From Tubiluchus corallicola (taxonomy: Eukaryota > Animalia > Priapulida), in the NCBI GenBank assembly GCA_030141605.1, contig JAQGDQ010001722.1:1-27945 (forward strand): DNA of 27,945 nucleotides, in the 5' to 3' direction. Below the pieces are notes generated by a model. It was not told the origin of the DNA. It made no database searches and was given only the letters and a program-made list of their open reading frames with translations. The position numbers were made by a program, and so were the translations under genes. Every line of letters begins with the position of its first letter. Position 1 is the stretch's first letter. Shown in pieces: positions 1 through 10,227 of this stretch.

Positions 1-213
1 CTGTTGTGGTGGTTTTTTATGATTTTATTATTATGTATATGATTTCTCTTATACATAACCCTTAATCCTTTTTTATGCAAAATTCATCAAATCTATGCAT
101 TACTGTACAATACGTACTATGCATGTGCAAAAGTACTTTAGGCTGAGTAACGCAAAAACCCATGAAACAGTGAGTCGGCGATAAACGAACAGCGAAGTAG
201 TGAGGGAACACTG
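1..213. mobile_element. Partial Tc1/mariner(pogo)-type MITE (counterpart of 3681-4342)
   Basis: Ends in gtgagggaacactg followed by TA; same terminal repeat as at 3681, 4342 and 27810. Confidence 0.7.
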
Positions 214-698
214 TATAACTATATCGCTTTGAGGGCCAAAGTTGTAGAATCAGCTCCCCAACACGATGTATTAACTAACTTTTATTTTGAGTAACTATAT
301 CGATGAGAAGTTTATTAGTTTTATCATAGACATTTTAAGATGGTTTCTCTAACTTTAGTTTATTATTGTCACTCTCTTGATGGATCCATTCAATTTTTGG
401 TAACTTCCTGCTGTTTTATTATTCTAACTGCTGTAAAGCGGTTTGAGACAGATTGTGTAAGGTGTTTAATAAAAATAAATGTATTATTGTTGTTGATGTT
501 GTTGTTGTTGATGTTGATGATGATGATGTTGTTGTTGTTGTTGTCGTTGTTTTGTTGTTGATGTTGTTGTTGTTGTTGTTGTTGCTGCTGTTGCTGTTGT
601 TGTTGTTGGGTGGTATTGCTGTTGTTGTTGTTGTTTGCTGTTGCTGTTTGTTTGGTGGTGTTGCTGTTGTTGTTGGGTGGTGTTGCTGTTGCTGTTGT

Positions 699-736
<38 letters not shown>

Positions 737-812
737 TTGTTGTCGTTGTTGGGTGGTGTTGCTGTTGTTGTGTAGTGTTGTTGTTGTTGGGTAGTGTTGT
801 TGTTGTTGGGTG
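1..812. repeat. Left arm of inverted repeat (reverse complement of 3006-3892); atlastin intron-4 sequence; runs off the window start
   Basis: Manual alignment: ctgttgtggtggtttttt at 1 pairs with aaaaaatcaccataacag ending at 3892; ggatccattcaatttttgg pairs with ccaaaaattgaatggatcc; homology ends at gggtg(812)/caccc(3006). Confidence 0.92.
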
Positions 813-1245
813 TTGTTGTTGTTGTTGTTAGGTGGTGTTGCTGTTGTTGCTGTTGTTGTTGGGTGGTGTTGCTGTTGCTGTTGTTGCTGTTGTTGTTGGT
901 TGTTGTTGTTTTTGTTGGGTGGTGTTGCTGTAGTAGTAGTTGTTGTTGTTTGGTGTTGCTGTTGTTGCTGTTGGTGTTGATGTTGCTGTTGTTGTTGTTG
1001 TTGTTGTTGTTGTTGGGTGGTGTTGCTGTTGTTGTTGTTGTTGATGATGATGATGATGTTGTTGTTGTTGTTGTTGTTGGGTGGTGTTGGGTGGTGTTGC
1101 TGTTCTTGTTGTTGGGTGGTGTTGCTGTTCTTGTTGTTGCGTTGTGTTGCTGTTGCTGTTGTTGTTGTTTGGTGTTGCTGTTGTTGTTGTTTGCTGTTGC
1201 TGTTGTTGTTGCTGCTGCTGCTGTCGCTGTCACTGTCATTGCTGC

Positions 1246-1294
<49 letters not shown>
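487..1294 (+). repeat. Compound trinucleotide microsatellite (GTT/GCT/GAT)n followed by (ATT)n
   Basis: Directly visible; accounts for the homopolymeric ORFs in the track; ends about 26 nt before the exon 5 acceptor. Confidence 0.95.
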
Positions 1295-1298
<4 letters not shown>

Positions 1299-1320
1299 AT
1301 AATGCTTGATTTACTTTCAG

Positions 1321-1371
1321 GTTTTTAATTTGTCACAGAATATACAAGAGGATGATCTACAGCATTTACAA
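1321..1371 (+). CDS. ATL: Atlastin coding exon 5 (VFNLSQNIQEDDLQHLQ), opposite strand to the adjacent exons 1-4
   Basis: ttactttcAG|51 nt in phase 0|GTatgt; translation matches the atlastin segment VYNLSQNVQEDDLQHLQ that directly follows ...STMISSIQ in human ATL1. Confidence 0.93.
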
Positions 1372-1729
1372 GTATGTAACTTTTACAATGTTGGAACTTC
1401 TGATTGATTTGAGATTCAATAATTGTGCATTTGTGTATTTGTTGTTTATTATTATTATTATTATTACCCAAACTTGTACTGCGCCATTAGTTATAAGTAC
1501 GCTCATATCTAGGTTTGCCGGACAAAAGCAGGAAGACGTCGGTCCGAATTTTCGCGAGTCTCCGTATTTACCTATAAAAAGTTATTAGAATGAGCCGTGT
1601 ATTAGAATCATGGTAATGTAGAATCAATTGGCTTGATATTTTTTCTGCACATGCTTAAATAAGATACTTTTGTGTGACCAATGAGCTTTTACTATTTTTA
1701 GGTCATCTTACTTCACTTTTACGCACTAT

Positions 1730-1845
1730 AATATACATAGAAACAATCACGTTAAGTACAGTTGTTACACGCTGCTTGGTTACGCTGATGTAATGATGTA
1801 AACAAAGTGACTACCAACTAGCGGTCTGGTCGCGAAACAACGGAC
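1730..1845. repeat. Diverged relative of the internal core of the CAGGGATGAGAAT MITE family
   Basis: ggttacgctgatgtaatgatgtaaacaaagtgactaccaactagcggtc resembles ggttacactgatgtacgtgatgtaaacaaagtgacggcctgccaactagcggtc at ~7059-7113. Confidence 0.6.
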
Positions 1846-2213
1846 TGTGTCTGTAGTATACGGATCGTTTTTGTGGAGCAGATTTTGTCCGATTCTTTCA
1901 ATATTCGTTAAAGCAAGATCCAGCAAACAGAGATATGAGTGCAGTAGTTTATTGGGCCTGACAACAGGATCTGTATTATAATTAAAATTTAAACAGATCT
2001 CATTAGAACCCAGTGAATTTAAAGTAAAGTACACTACTATTACTATAAATCTATACTATAAATTACCAATACTATTACTACACTACTGTACAGTAGTATC
2101 ACTATAAATTTACTTTTGCTCTTTGTGGATTGTTTATGCCGGTGAAAATTACGTCATTAATAGCTGGGATCTTTGTTCATTTATTAAGTTTTTAACCTGT
2201 TATTTAATAATAA

Positions 2214-3004
2214 GAAATGCTTTGCCATAATAATGGGTGTTAAAATGTATACTTTTTTACTGTACTTCAACAGGGGATATGAAATGCTTTGCCATAATAA
2301 TGCGTGTTAAAATGTATACTTTTTACTGTACTTCAACAGGGGATATGATATGCTTTGCCGTAATAATGTGTGTTAAAATGTATACTTTTTTACTGTACTT
2401 CAACAAGGGATATGATATGCTTTGCCCGTAATAATGGGTGTTAAAATGTATACTTTTTACTGTACTTCAACGGGGGATATGATATGCTTTGCTGTAATAA
2501 TGGATGTTAAAATGTATACTTTTTTACTCTACTTCAACAGGGGATATGATATGCTTTGCTGTAATAATGGGTGTTAAAATGTATACTTTTTTTACTGTAC
2601 TTCAACAGTGGATATGAAATGCTTTGCCATAATAATGGGTGTTAAAATGTATACTTTTTTTACTGTACTTCAACAGTGGATATGATATGCTTTGCCATAA
2701 TAATGGGTGTTAAAATGTATACTTTTTTACTGTACTTCAACAGTGGATATGAAATGCTTTGCTGTAATAATGGATGTTAAAATGTATACTTTTTACTGTA
2801 CTTCAACAGGGGATATGATATGCTTTGCTGTAATAATGGATGTTAAAATGTATACTTTTTTACTCTACTTCAACAGGGGATATGATATGCTTTGCTGTAA
2901 TAATGGATGTTAAAATGTATACTTTTTTACTCTACTTCAACAGTGGATATGAAATGCTTTGCCATAATAATGGATGTTAAAATGTATACTTTTTTACTGC
3001 TTCA
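2214..3004 (+). repeat. ~67-bp minisatellite, about 12 units, last unit truncated
   Basis: Unit ga(a/t)atgctttgc(c/t)(a/g)taataatgg(g/a)tgttaaaatgtatac(t)nactgtacttcaacag(g/t)ggatat; starts at 2214, 2281, 2347 ... 2951. Confidence 0.95.
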
Positions 3005-3005
3005 G

Positions 3006-3081
3006 CACCCAACAACAACAACACTACCCAACAACAACAACACTACACAACAACAGCAACACCACCCAACAACGACAACAA

Positions 3082-3119
<38 letters not shown>

Positions 3120-3892
3120 ACAACAACAACAGCAACAACAACAACAAGAACAACATCAACAACAACAACACTACCCAACAACAGCAACAATAACAACAAC
3201 AACAACAACACTACCCAACAACAACAACAGCAACAGCAGCAACAACAACAACAACAACAACATCAACAACAATAACAACGACAACAACAACAACAACATC
3301 ATCATCATCAACATCAACAACAACAACATCAACAACAATAATAAATTTATTTTTATTAAACACCTTACACAATCTGTCTCAAAACGCTTTACAGCAGTTA
3401 GAATAATAAAACAGCAGGAAGTTTCCAAAAATTGAATGGATCCATCAAGAGAATCACAATGACAAACTAAAGTTAGAGAAACCATCTTAAAATGTCTTTG
3501 ATAAAACTAATAAACTTGTCATTGACCTAGTTACTCAAAATTAAACTTAATAAAATAGTTATTTAAACATTAAAGAGTGGGGTTTTTAAGTATTTCTTAA
3601 AAAGTATAAAATCATTAATACATCGTAATGAGTTGGGGAGGTTATTCCACAACTTTGGCCCTCAAAGCGACATAGTTATACAGTGTTCCCTTGCTACTTC
3701 GCTGTTCATTTGTCGCGGACTTTCTGTTTCGCGGGTTTTTGCGGTACTCAATCTAAAGTATTTTAGCACATGCGTAGTACGTATTGTGTATTTGATGAAT
3801 TTTGCATAAAAAAGGGTTAAGGGTTATGCATAAGAGAAATATTAATTCTAACATTAAAAGAATATTATATATCATAAAAAATCACCATAACA
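3006..3892. repeat. Right arm of inverted repeat (reverse complement of 1-812), including (CAA/CAT)n tract 3006-3342
   Basis: See 1-812; homology covers both MITE sequence and non-MITE flank, so it is segmental. Confidence 0.92.
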
Positions 3893-4342
3893 GTAAATAA
3901 TGTATATATTCGGCGGATGAATACATACCAAAAACGAAATGTAGTACTTGCACCCGCTTGAGATGCTACCTGCTACGTGAGATTGTACACTTGCCGACGT
4001 GAGAGTGTGGGGAGGGTTTACAAAGACTTAAAATAATGCATAACTACTAAAATAAGTATAGCGTTCCCTACTTCGCGGAAATTCACTTATCGCGGGTGGA
4101 CCTGGAACGGAACACCCGTTGATAAGTGAGGGAACAATGTAATTATAATTCCTTTAATTCCTACGCTGTATTAATGCGGTGGCTACATGCTACATTAATA
4201 CGGAGCTGACTCATTTATGTAAAATGTGGTACATGCTTGCAACTACAGTGAAATTAAGAAGTCTGGCAAGCAGACGAGGACAAAAGCTCAAACAAATGCT
4301 GAGGGTGGTGAAATATTAACTTTCGTAAGTGAGGGAACACTG
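3681..4342. mobile_element. Tc1/mariner(pogo)-type MITE with a nested 184-bp insertion near its right end
   Basis: TA|cagtgttccct ... agggaacactg|TA terminal inverted repeats. Confidence 0.75.
4142..4325. mobile_element. 184-bp insertion flanked by a 19-bp direct repeat (possible retroposed/SINE-like element)
   Basis: taagtgagggaaca(a/c)tgta at 4123-4141 and 4326-4344; the right arm has a single copy and no insert. Confidence 0.65.
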
Positions 4343-5033
4343 TACAGTTGTATAGACGAACAATATGACTAATTAGTAACTAAGCTCTGTAAGACTGCTT
4401 CAAGCTAAAAATTGAAAGAAAAAAGCAACTACAATACTGATTGAAAAAGCATAAATTCACATAAAAGTAGGCTTTGTATAATAAACCTAGGCGGAAATCT
4501 TGACTGTTACTTCTAATCATACTCAATGTTTTCTCGGGTTCCAGTGTTGCCACAAATTCAGATTCGTTTCTTTTAACTAACTAATTAGCTACAGTTATCT
4601 ACATTTTTATTATTGAATAATTTCTCTCCGTCTGTATTTTAATTTAATAAACTTTTTCACAGTTCAAGCAATTGGTGATGATCATGAAAAGGTCAAAGGT
4701 TAAGTGTGCCAGACAACACATTTCTGTACACTTGACAACGCATCGCAGTACAAGCTGTTGTAATAGTAACAGTTTTAACAACTGGCTAGAATCTTACCAA
4801 GTTCATTTTTTCATGTTCCCAAGATGCTGCTAGTAAATCACTCTTCGCATAGACTAACGCATAATTAAGTGAAGTCCACATAAAACAACTGATGCGGCAG
4901 ACAGCTTTGCTTTACACACACGTCATGTGACGCTGTGGGACACTTAACCTTTGACCTACATCGACTGCACATGCGCATGAGGAAACTGTGAAAGGCTTAT
5001 TACAGTCGTTACAGTTACTGCTCTAAAACGCAC

Positions 5034-5138
5034 CTGTACGGAACTTGTCATGGTACTCAACGCAAATACTGTAGCGCAATCCTTGACGGTACTTTGACTA
5101 TCAAAAGCACCTTGTGTGTCCATTAATAACACAGCAAC
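5034..5138 (-). CDS. ATL: Atlastin exon 4, left copy ([35 protein letters not shown]; G3 motif DTQG)
   Basis: cAG|105 nt|GTgcgt; atlastin G3 signature LLMDTQG.FD. Confidence 0.95.
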
Positions 5139-5244
5139 CTGAAAAACAAAACATACTGCATTAGACTGTATTGTTAAAGCATGCCACCCTCTGAATGCCA
5201 CCCTCTGGTGTATACGTCTACAGTGGGTACCTTCTAGCAGACTA

Positions 5245-6243
5245 CAGTCTAACCTCGTTATCTCGCCCCTCGTTATGCCGCAAAACTCGTCTCTCGCCAT
5301 AGAAAGTACCAGGATGGATTTCCTACTTTGATATTTACCTCGTTAAGTCGCCACCCTCGCTTCTCACCCTCGCCACGTCATGCTAGGATGAGTGCTTATG
5401 CAAACTATATTCGTTATGTCGCCAAACAGACAAACTCAGAGGTGAATCGATCAATACTGTACATATACCGAGTGTCGATCAATATAACCGCGGCATGTAG
5501 ACAATGCTGCTGTACTTGGTTAATGCGCAGAGAAACTAAAGCGCCAAAGCTGCGTTTAAGTTTGACTTTCCACAAAGTGTGAGCAACTTTACATTATTTC
5601 TCTAAAGCGAAAACTGTTTTGTCTTAATCCTGAACAAAAAAAAAGGAAATTTGTATTTATCATACGAATAATTCTTCAAAGACACAGCAGGAAATTGCTA
5701 CTGCATTTAGTGCGAAATTTGGTGACACTGTTAGCTGAAGAAGTGTCTCATGGCGCATCTCATGTATCGAATGACCAGGCAGCAGAAGCTGTCGACACAC
5801 TGATGCAATACTTTGAATAGTCTGACAGAGTCACAAGCAACGATATTCAAGGATTGTGCTTGATTAAACGTCGTGTTGACTGTTTGCATGTATCATCAAT
5901 GAAACAGTCGTCTCTTCTGAATTATTTCAGCCGTCAGTAACTCATTTGTGAACATTTCTAAATCTTTTGATAAGTTTATTGCATTTAAGTGTATACTCGA
6001 AAAAGGTTTTTTAAATAAGAAAGTAACATTCTAACATTATTTTTATGACATTTTTTCATTTCTGATTTAATTTTGATTGGTATCATAATGCGAAATATAT
6101 TTTATATGTACATAGAGGAACACTATGTTAATCAACTATTATGTATATACATACAGACTAACTTCATTATATTCCCGTTATCTCGCCATACTCGCCTCAA
6201 ATTTGCCCTAGACGGACAGTGGTGAGATAACGAGGTTAGACTG
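5245..6243 (+). mobile_element. Internally deleted pogo/Tigger-like DNA transposon, left arm only
   Basis: TIR cagtctaacctcgttatctc / gagataacgaggttagactg with TA duplication; empty TA site at 25748-25749; decayed transposase remnants: N-terminal HTH-like LKRKLFCLNPEQK/KEICIYH..KTQQEIATAFSAKFG (~5600-5750, frameshift and stop) and C-terminal KQSSLLNYF (~5900-5930). Confidence 0.88.
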
Positions 6244-6803
6244 TATTAACTTCTGTGTTGGCAATGTGCCAACAGCCAGAAGGGAGATGGCAGATCAAAC
6301 CATTTCTACAGTAGGGGTGACTTACAAAAAACAAACTATGATTTCTTTACCAAGAGGTTAATTATCTAAATGAAATTGTTTATTAACCTTTAATAACCTA
6401 TTTCAGCCCACTAACAAGGACAAGAATAAATGGATATTGAGGTTTAACAGGACACAACAAGGATAATACCAAGGATTTTAATTCCTTAATCCCTATGCCG
6501 TATTAATAGTGCTCAGTGTGGAAATACCTAGACTGATTCATCCACAAAGGTTGCAATGAAGTAATTAAGGTCTGGCAGATGAAGCCACATTCACATAACA
6601 GTGCAGTTAGTTAAAATGCACCACTGGCTGTTTTTATTTGTGAATATAAATCATTACAGTTTCTTCACTGCCACTGAATCCCAAAATCAGGTGACAAAAA
6701 TCAGATGCGGGTACCCTATTTTGATTTTTGTTACCCGTGTAAACACTAGTTTATGGTAACCTTCATAAGGTGTGAGACTAAGGGTGCTTAACAACGTGTT
6801 TTG

Positions 6804-7240
6804 TAGGGATGAGAATGACAAATTGCAAAAAAATCTGAAACAGGTCGGGGTTTTGGGCCCACCTAAACCCCCAATGGACTTGAGGGACAAAGCCCCCTTG
6901 GAGGCAGCAACAAATTGCCATTTTGTGACCATAGAGAGCCTCTAAGTGGACTTAAAGTACTGGCAGCTCCTATGCAAAAGTATATAAAAACTGTCTGCAA
7001 TTGACTCAAATAACTCCGCACAAATGATTCTATATTTTTATACATAGAGATCTACACGTGGTTACACTGATGTACGTGATGTAAACAAAGTGACGGCCTG
7101 CCAACTAGCGGTCAGCTTGTGAAATAATCTTCTGGGTCCTTAAAAATTTTCTCAACAAATTTACGCGATTTACAAAAATGGCACTACTGGTCTTCCAAAA
7201 ACTCGGAATTCCGCTTATCCACAGAAAATTCTCATCCCTG
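6804..7240. mobile_element. MITE with (C/T)AGGGATGAGAAT terminal inverted repeats, intron 3 of left copy
   Basis: tagggatgagaat ... attctcatccctg; four copies of this family in the window. Confidence 0.85.
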
Positions 7241-7377
7241 ATTTTGCATATTGTCAACTATGAAATTTAAAACACGGGTAACTGGCACAAACATTATTGA
7301 TTTTCTTGAGCCCCAATCTCAGTACAGTTGCCCAGCAAACAATGTCAAAGAGGTCGTATACCGCTAACATTGCACAC

Positions 7378-7512
7378 CTTTTCACCAGATGGCGTATCGA
7401 CCAGAAACACTTCACTCCACATGAGAATACCAGTTGTGTATCGTTCAGCTCCACCTTTCCAAGGGAATCCATCTAACCGGGAATGATCGTCTCCCATCCA
7501 ATCAGGAACACC
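7378..7512 (-). CDS. ATL: Atlastin exon 3, left copy (GVPDWMGDDHSRLDGFPWKGGAERYTTGILMWSEVFLVDTPSGEK; G2/switch I)
   Basis: cAG|135 nt|GTgtgc; matches atlastin GF.W.GG.ER.TTGI..WSE.F; this frame is not listed in the ORF track. Confidence 0.95.
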
Positions 7513-8001
7513 CTGCGAAATGAAAGTAAAATGATTGCAGGCATTCGTACGAGTAGTAACAAATTACTAGGTAAACTTAAAAACAGAACAACTGTGAAAA
7601 TAAAACAAAATTTACTAAAATTAATTATGCACTTAAATTAAACTCAAAATTAGTCAAAACACTACAAGTTTTTTTTCATTTTATTACGAAATCAGCAAAC
7701 AACAATATAATATAGCAAAAAAACCTTACGATAACATGATATACATAATATCATAATAAAATTGACAATGCATGATATCTATATTAATTGTTGTTTGCAT
7801 TATAGTCAAAAGCATTACTTATGCGACTGTAATGTAATTAATGGTGCAGGTGTTAGAGTGCAAAAAAGGGAAGGTAAAAAATGATGGAATGATAGTGGAG
7901 AGTGCAGGAGATGGGAATTAGTAGGATTAGGTTAGTGAAATGATGTGGATGAGAATGAATATGAGATTGCTATTAGGACATCGCAAAAATATATCAACAT
8001 T

Positions 8002-9886
8002 TATGAACAGAAGTACACTATGGGCCAGTCTATGAACATAAGTACACTATGGGCGAGTCTATGAACAGAAGTAAACTATGTGCCAGTCTATGAACAGAAC
8101 TACACTATGTGCCAGTCTATGAACAGAAGTAAACTATGTGCCAGTCTATGAACAGAAGTACACTATGTGCCAGTCTATGAACAGAAGTGCACTATGAGTC
8201 AGTCTATGAACAGAAGTACACTATGGGCCAGTCTGTGAACAGAAGTACACTATGGGCCAGTCTGTGAACAGAAGTACACTATGGGCCAGTCTATGAACAG
8301 AAGTACACTATGGGCCAGTCTATGAACAGAAGTACACTATGGGCCAGTCTATGAACAGAAGTACACTATGGGCCAGTCTATGAACAGAAGTACACTATGT
8401 GCCAGTCTATGAACAGAAGTACACTATGGGCCAGTCTATGAACAGAAGTACACTATGGGCCAGTCTATGAACAGAAGTACACTATGGGCCAGTCTATGAA
8501 CAGAAGTACACTATGTGCCAGTCTATGAACAGAAGTACACTATGGGCCAGTCTATGAACAGAAGTACACTATGTGCCAGTCTATGAACAGAAGTACACTA
8601 TGGGCCAGTCTATGAACAGAAGTACACTATGGGCCAGTCTATGAACAGAAGTACACTATGGGCCAGTCTATGAACAGAAGTACACTATGGGCCAGTCTAT
8701 GAACAGAAGTACACTATGGGCCAGTCTGTGAACAGAAGTACACTATGGGCCAGTCTATGAACAGAAGTACACTATGGGCCAGTCTATGAACAGAAGTACA
8801 CTATGGGCCAGTCTATGAACAGAAGTACACTATGGGCCAGTCTGTGAACAGAAGTACACTATGGGCCAGTCTATGAACAGAAGTACACTATGGGCCAGTG
8901 TGTGAACAGAAGTACACTATGGGCCAGTCTATGAACAGAAGTACACTATGGGCCAATCTATGAACAGAAGTACACTAAGGGCCAGTGTGTGAACAGAAGT
9001 ACACTATGGGCCAGTCTGTGAACAGAAGCACACTATGGGTCAGTCTGTGAACAGAAGTACACTATGGGCCAGTCTATGAACAGAAGTACACTAAGGGCCA
9101 GTGTGTGAACAGAAGTACACTATGGGCCAGTCTATGAACAGAAGTACACTATGGGCCAGTCTGTGAACAGAAGTACACTATGGGCCAGTGTGTGAACAGA
9201 AGTATACTATGGGCCAGTCTGTGAACAGAAGTACACTATGGGCCAGTCTATGAACAGAAGTACACTAAGGGCCAGTGTGTGAACAGAAGTACACTGTGGG
9301 CCAGTCTGTGAACAGAAGTACACTATGTGTCAGTCTATGAACAGAAGTACACTATGGGCCAGTCTATGAACAGAAGTACACTATGGGCCAGTCTATGAAC
9401 AGAAGTGCACTATGGGCCAGTCTGTGAACAGAAGCACACTATGGGCCAGTCTATGAACAGAAGTACACTATGGGCCAGTCTATGAACAGAAGTACACTAT
9501 GGGCCAGTCTATGAACAGAAGTACACTATGGGCCAGTCTGTGAACAGAAGTACACTATGTGTCAGTGTGTGAACAGAAGTACACTATGGGCCAGTCTGCG
9601 AACAGAAGTACACTATGGGCCAGTCTATGAACAGAAGCACACTATGGGCCAGTCTATGAACAGAAGTACACTATGTGCCAGTCTATGAACAGAAGTACAC
9701 TATGGGCCACTCTATGAACAGAAGCACACTATGGGCCAGTCTATGAACAGAAGTACACTATGTGCCAGTCTATGAACAGAAGTACACTATGGGTCAATCT
9801 ATGAACAGAAGTACACTATGTGCCAGTCTTTGAACAAAAGTACACTATGGGCCAGTCTATGAACAGAAGTACACTATGTGCCAGTC
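8002..9886 (+). repeat. 29-bp minisatellite, 65 units, intron 2 of left copy
   Basis: Unit tatgaacagaagtacactatgggccagtc; 1885 bp = 65 x 29; phase kept from first to last unit. Confidence 0.97.
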
Positions 9887-9994
9887 TGCCGCACCCTGTG
9901 AATCTGAACATGCGTCATATGCTATACAAGCTCAACCTTTAACATGATTTTAAGAATGAAGTTTTCAAACTTTTTTACAAACTCAACATCGTAC

Positions 9995-10212
9995 CCTGTT
10001 TTCCATGTATCGCAAGAAGAAATCTAACAGGAAAGATTTTCCCTTGCGGAAAGCTCCGGCTACGGAAACAACCACCACCCTTTTGTCTCGCACATGCTCC
10101 TGAAGCAGAATGCTCGCAAGGGCATCTTCATCCAGATCAAACGTGTGATCGGTTCCCGTGACGACGACTGGTACGGGTACACCTTTCTGCCTGGTTACAC
10201 CATTCATATCAC
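9995..10212 (-). CDS. ATL: Atlastin exon 2, left copy (P-loop GAFRKGKS)
   Basis: aAG|218 nt, phase 1 to phase 0|GTacga; [23 protein letters not shown] is diagnostic of atlastin; alternative in-frame acceptor at 10227. Confidence 0.95.
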
Positions 10213-10227
10213 CTTTAAAGTATAAAT

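Noticed and set aside
340-1328. Long poly-L/V/C/Q/T/N ORFs (also 2907-3485 and 15145-15345)
   Set aside because: Products of stop-free trinucleotide repeats; open in several frames at once.
2237-2913. Repeated MLKCILFYCTS ORFs
   Set aside because: Translations of the 67-bp minisatellite; unit length varies and frames shift.
4262-4300. Hammerhead-like string gtc...cagacgaggacaaaagctcaaac
   Set aside because: Core is CAGACGA rather than CUGANGA, GAAA is missing, and stems I and II do not pair well.
4956-5300. 114-aa, 100-aa and 99-aa track ORFs (4956, 9983, 21980, 26777) as complete genes
   Set aside because: Only the central exon parts are atlastin; the flanks are read-through into introns or MITEs.
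8002-9886. 29-bp repeat arrays as CRISPR
   Set aside because: Head-to-tail units with no unique spacers, no cas genes, and located in a eukaryotic intron.
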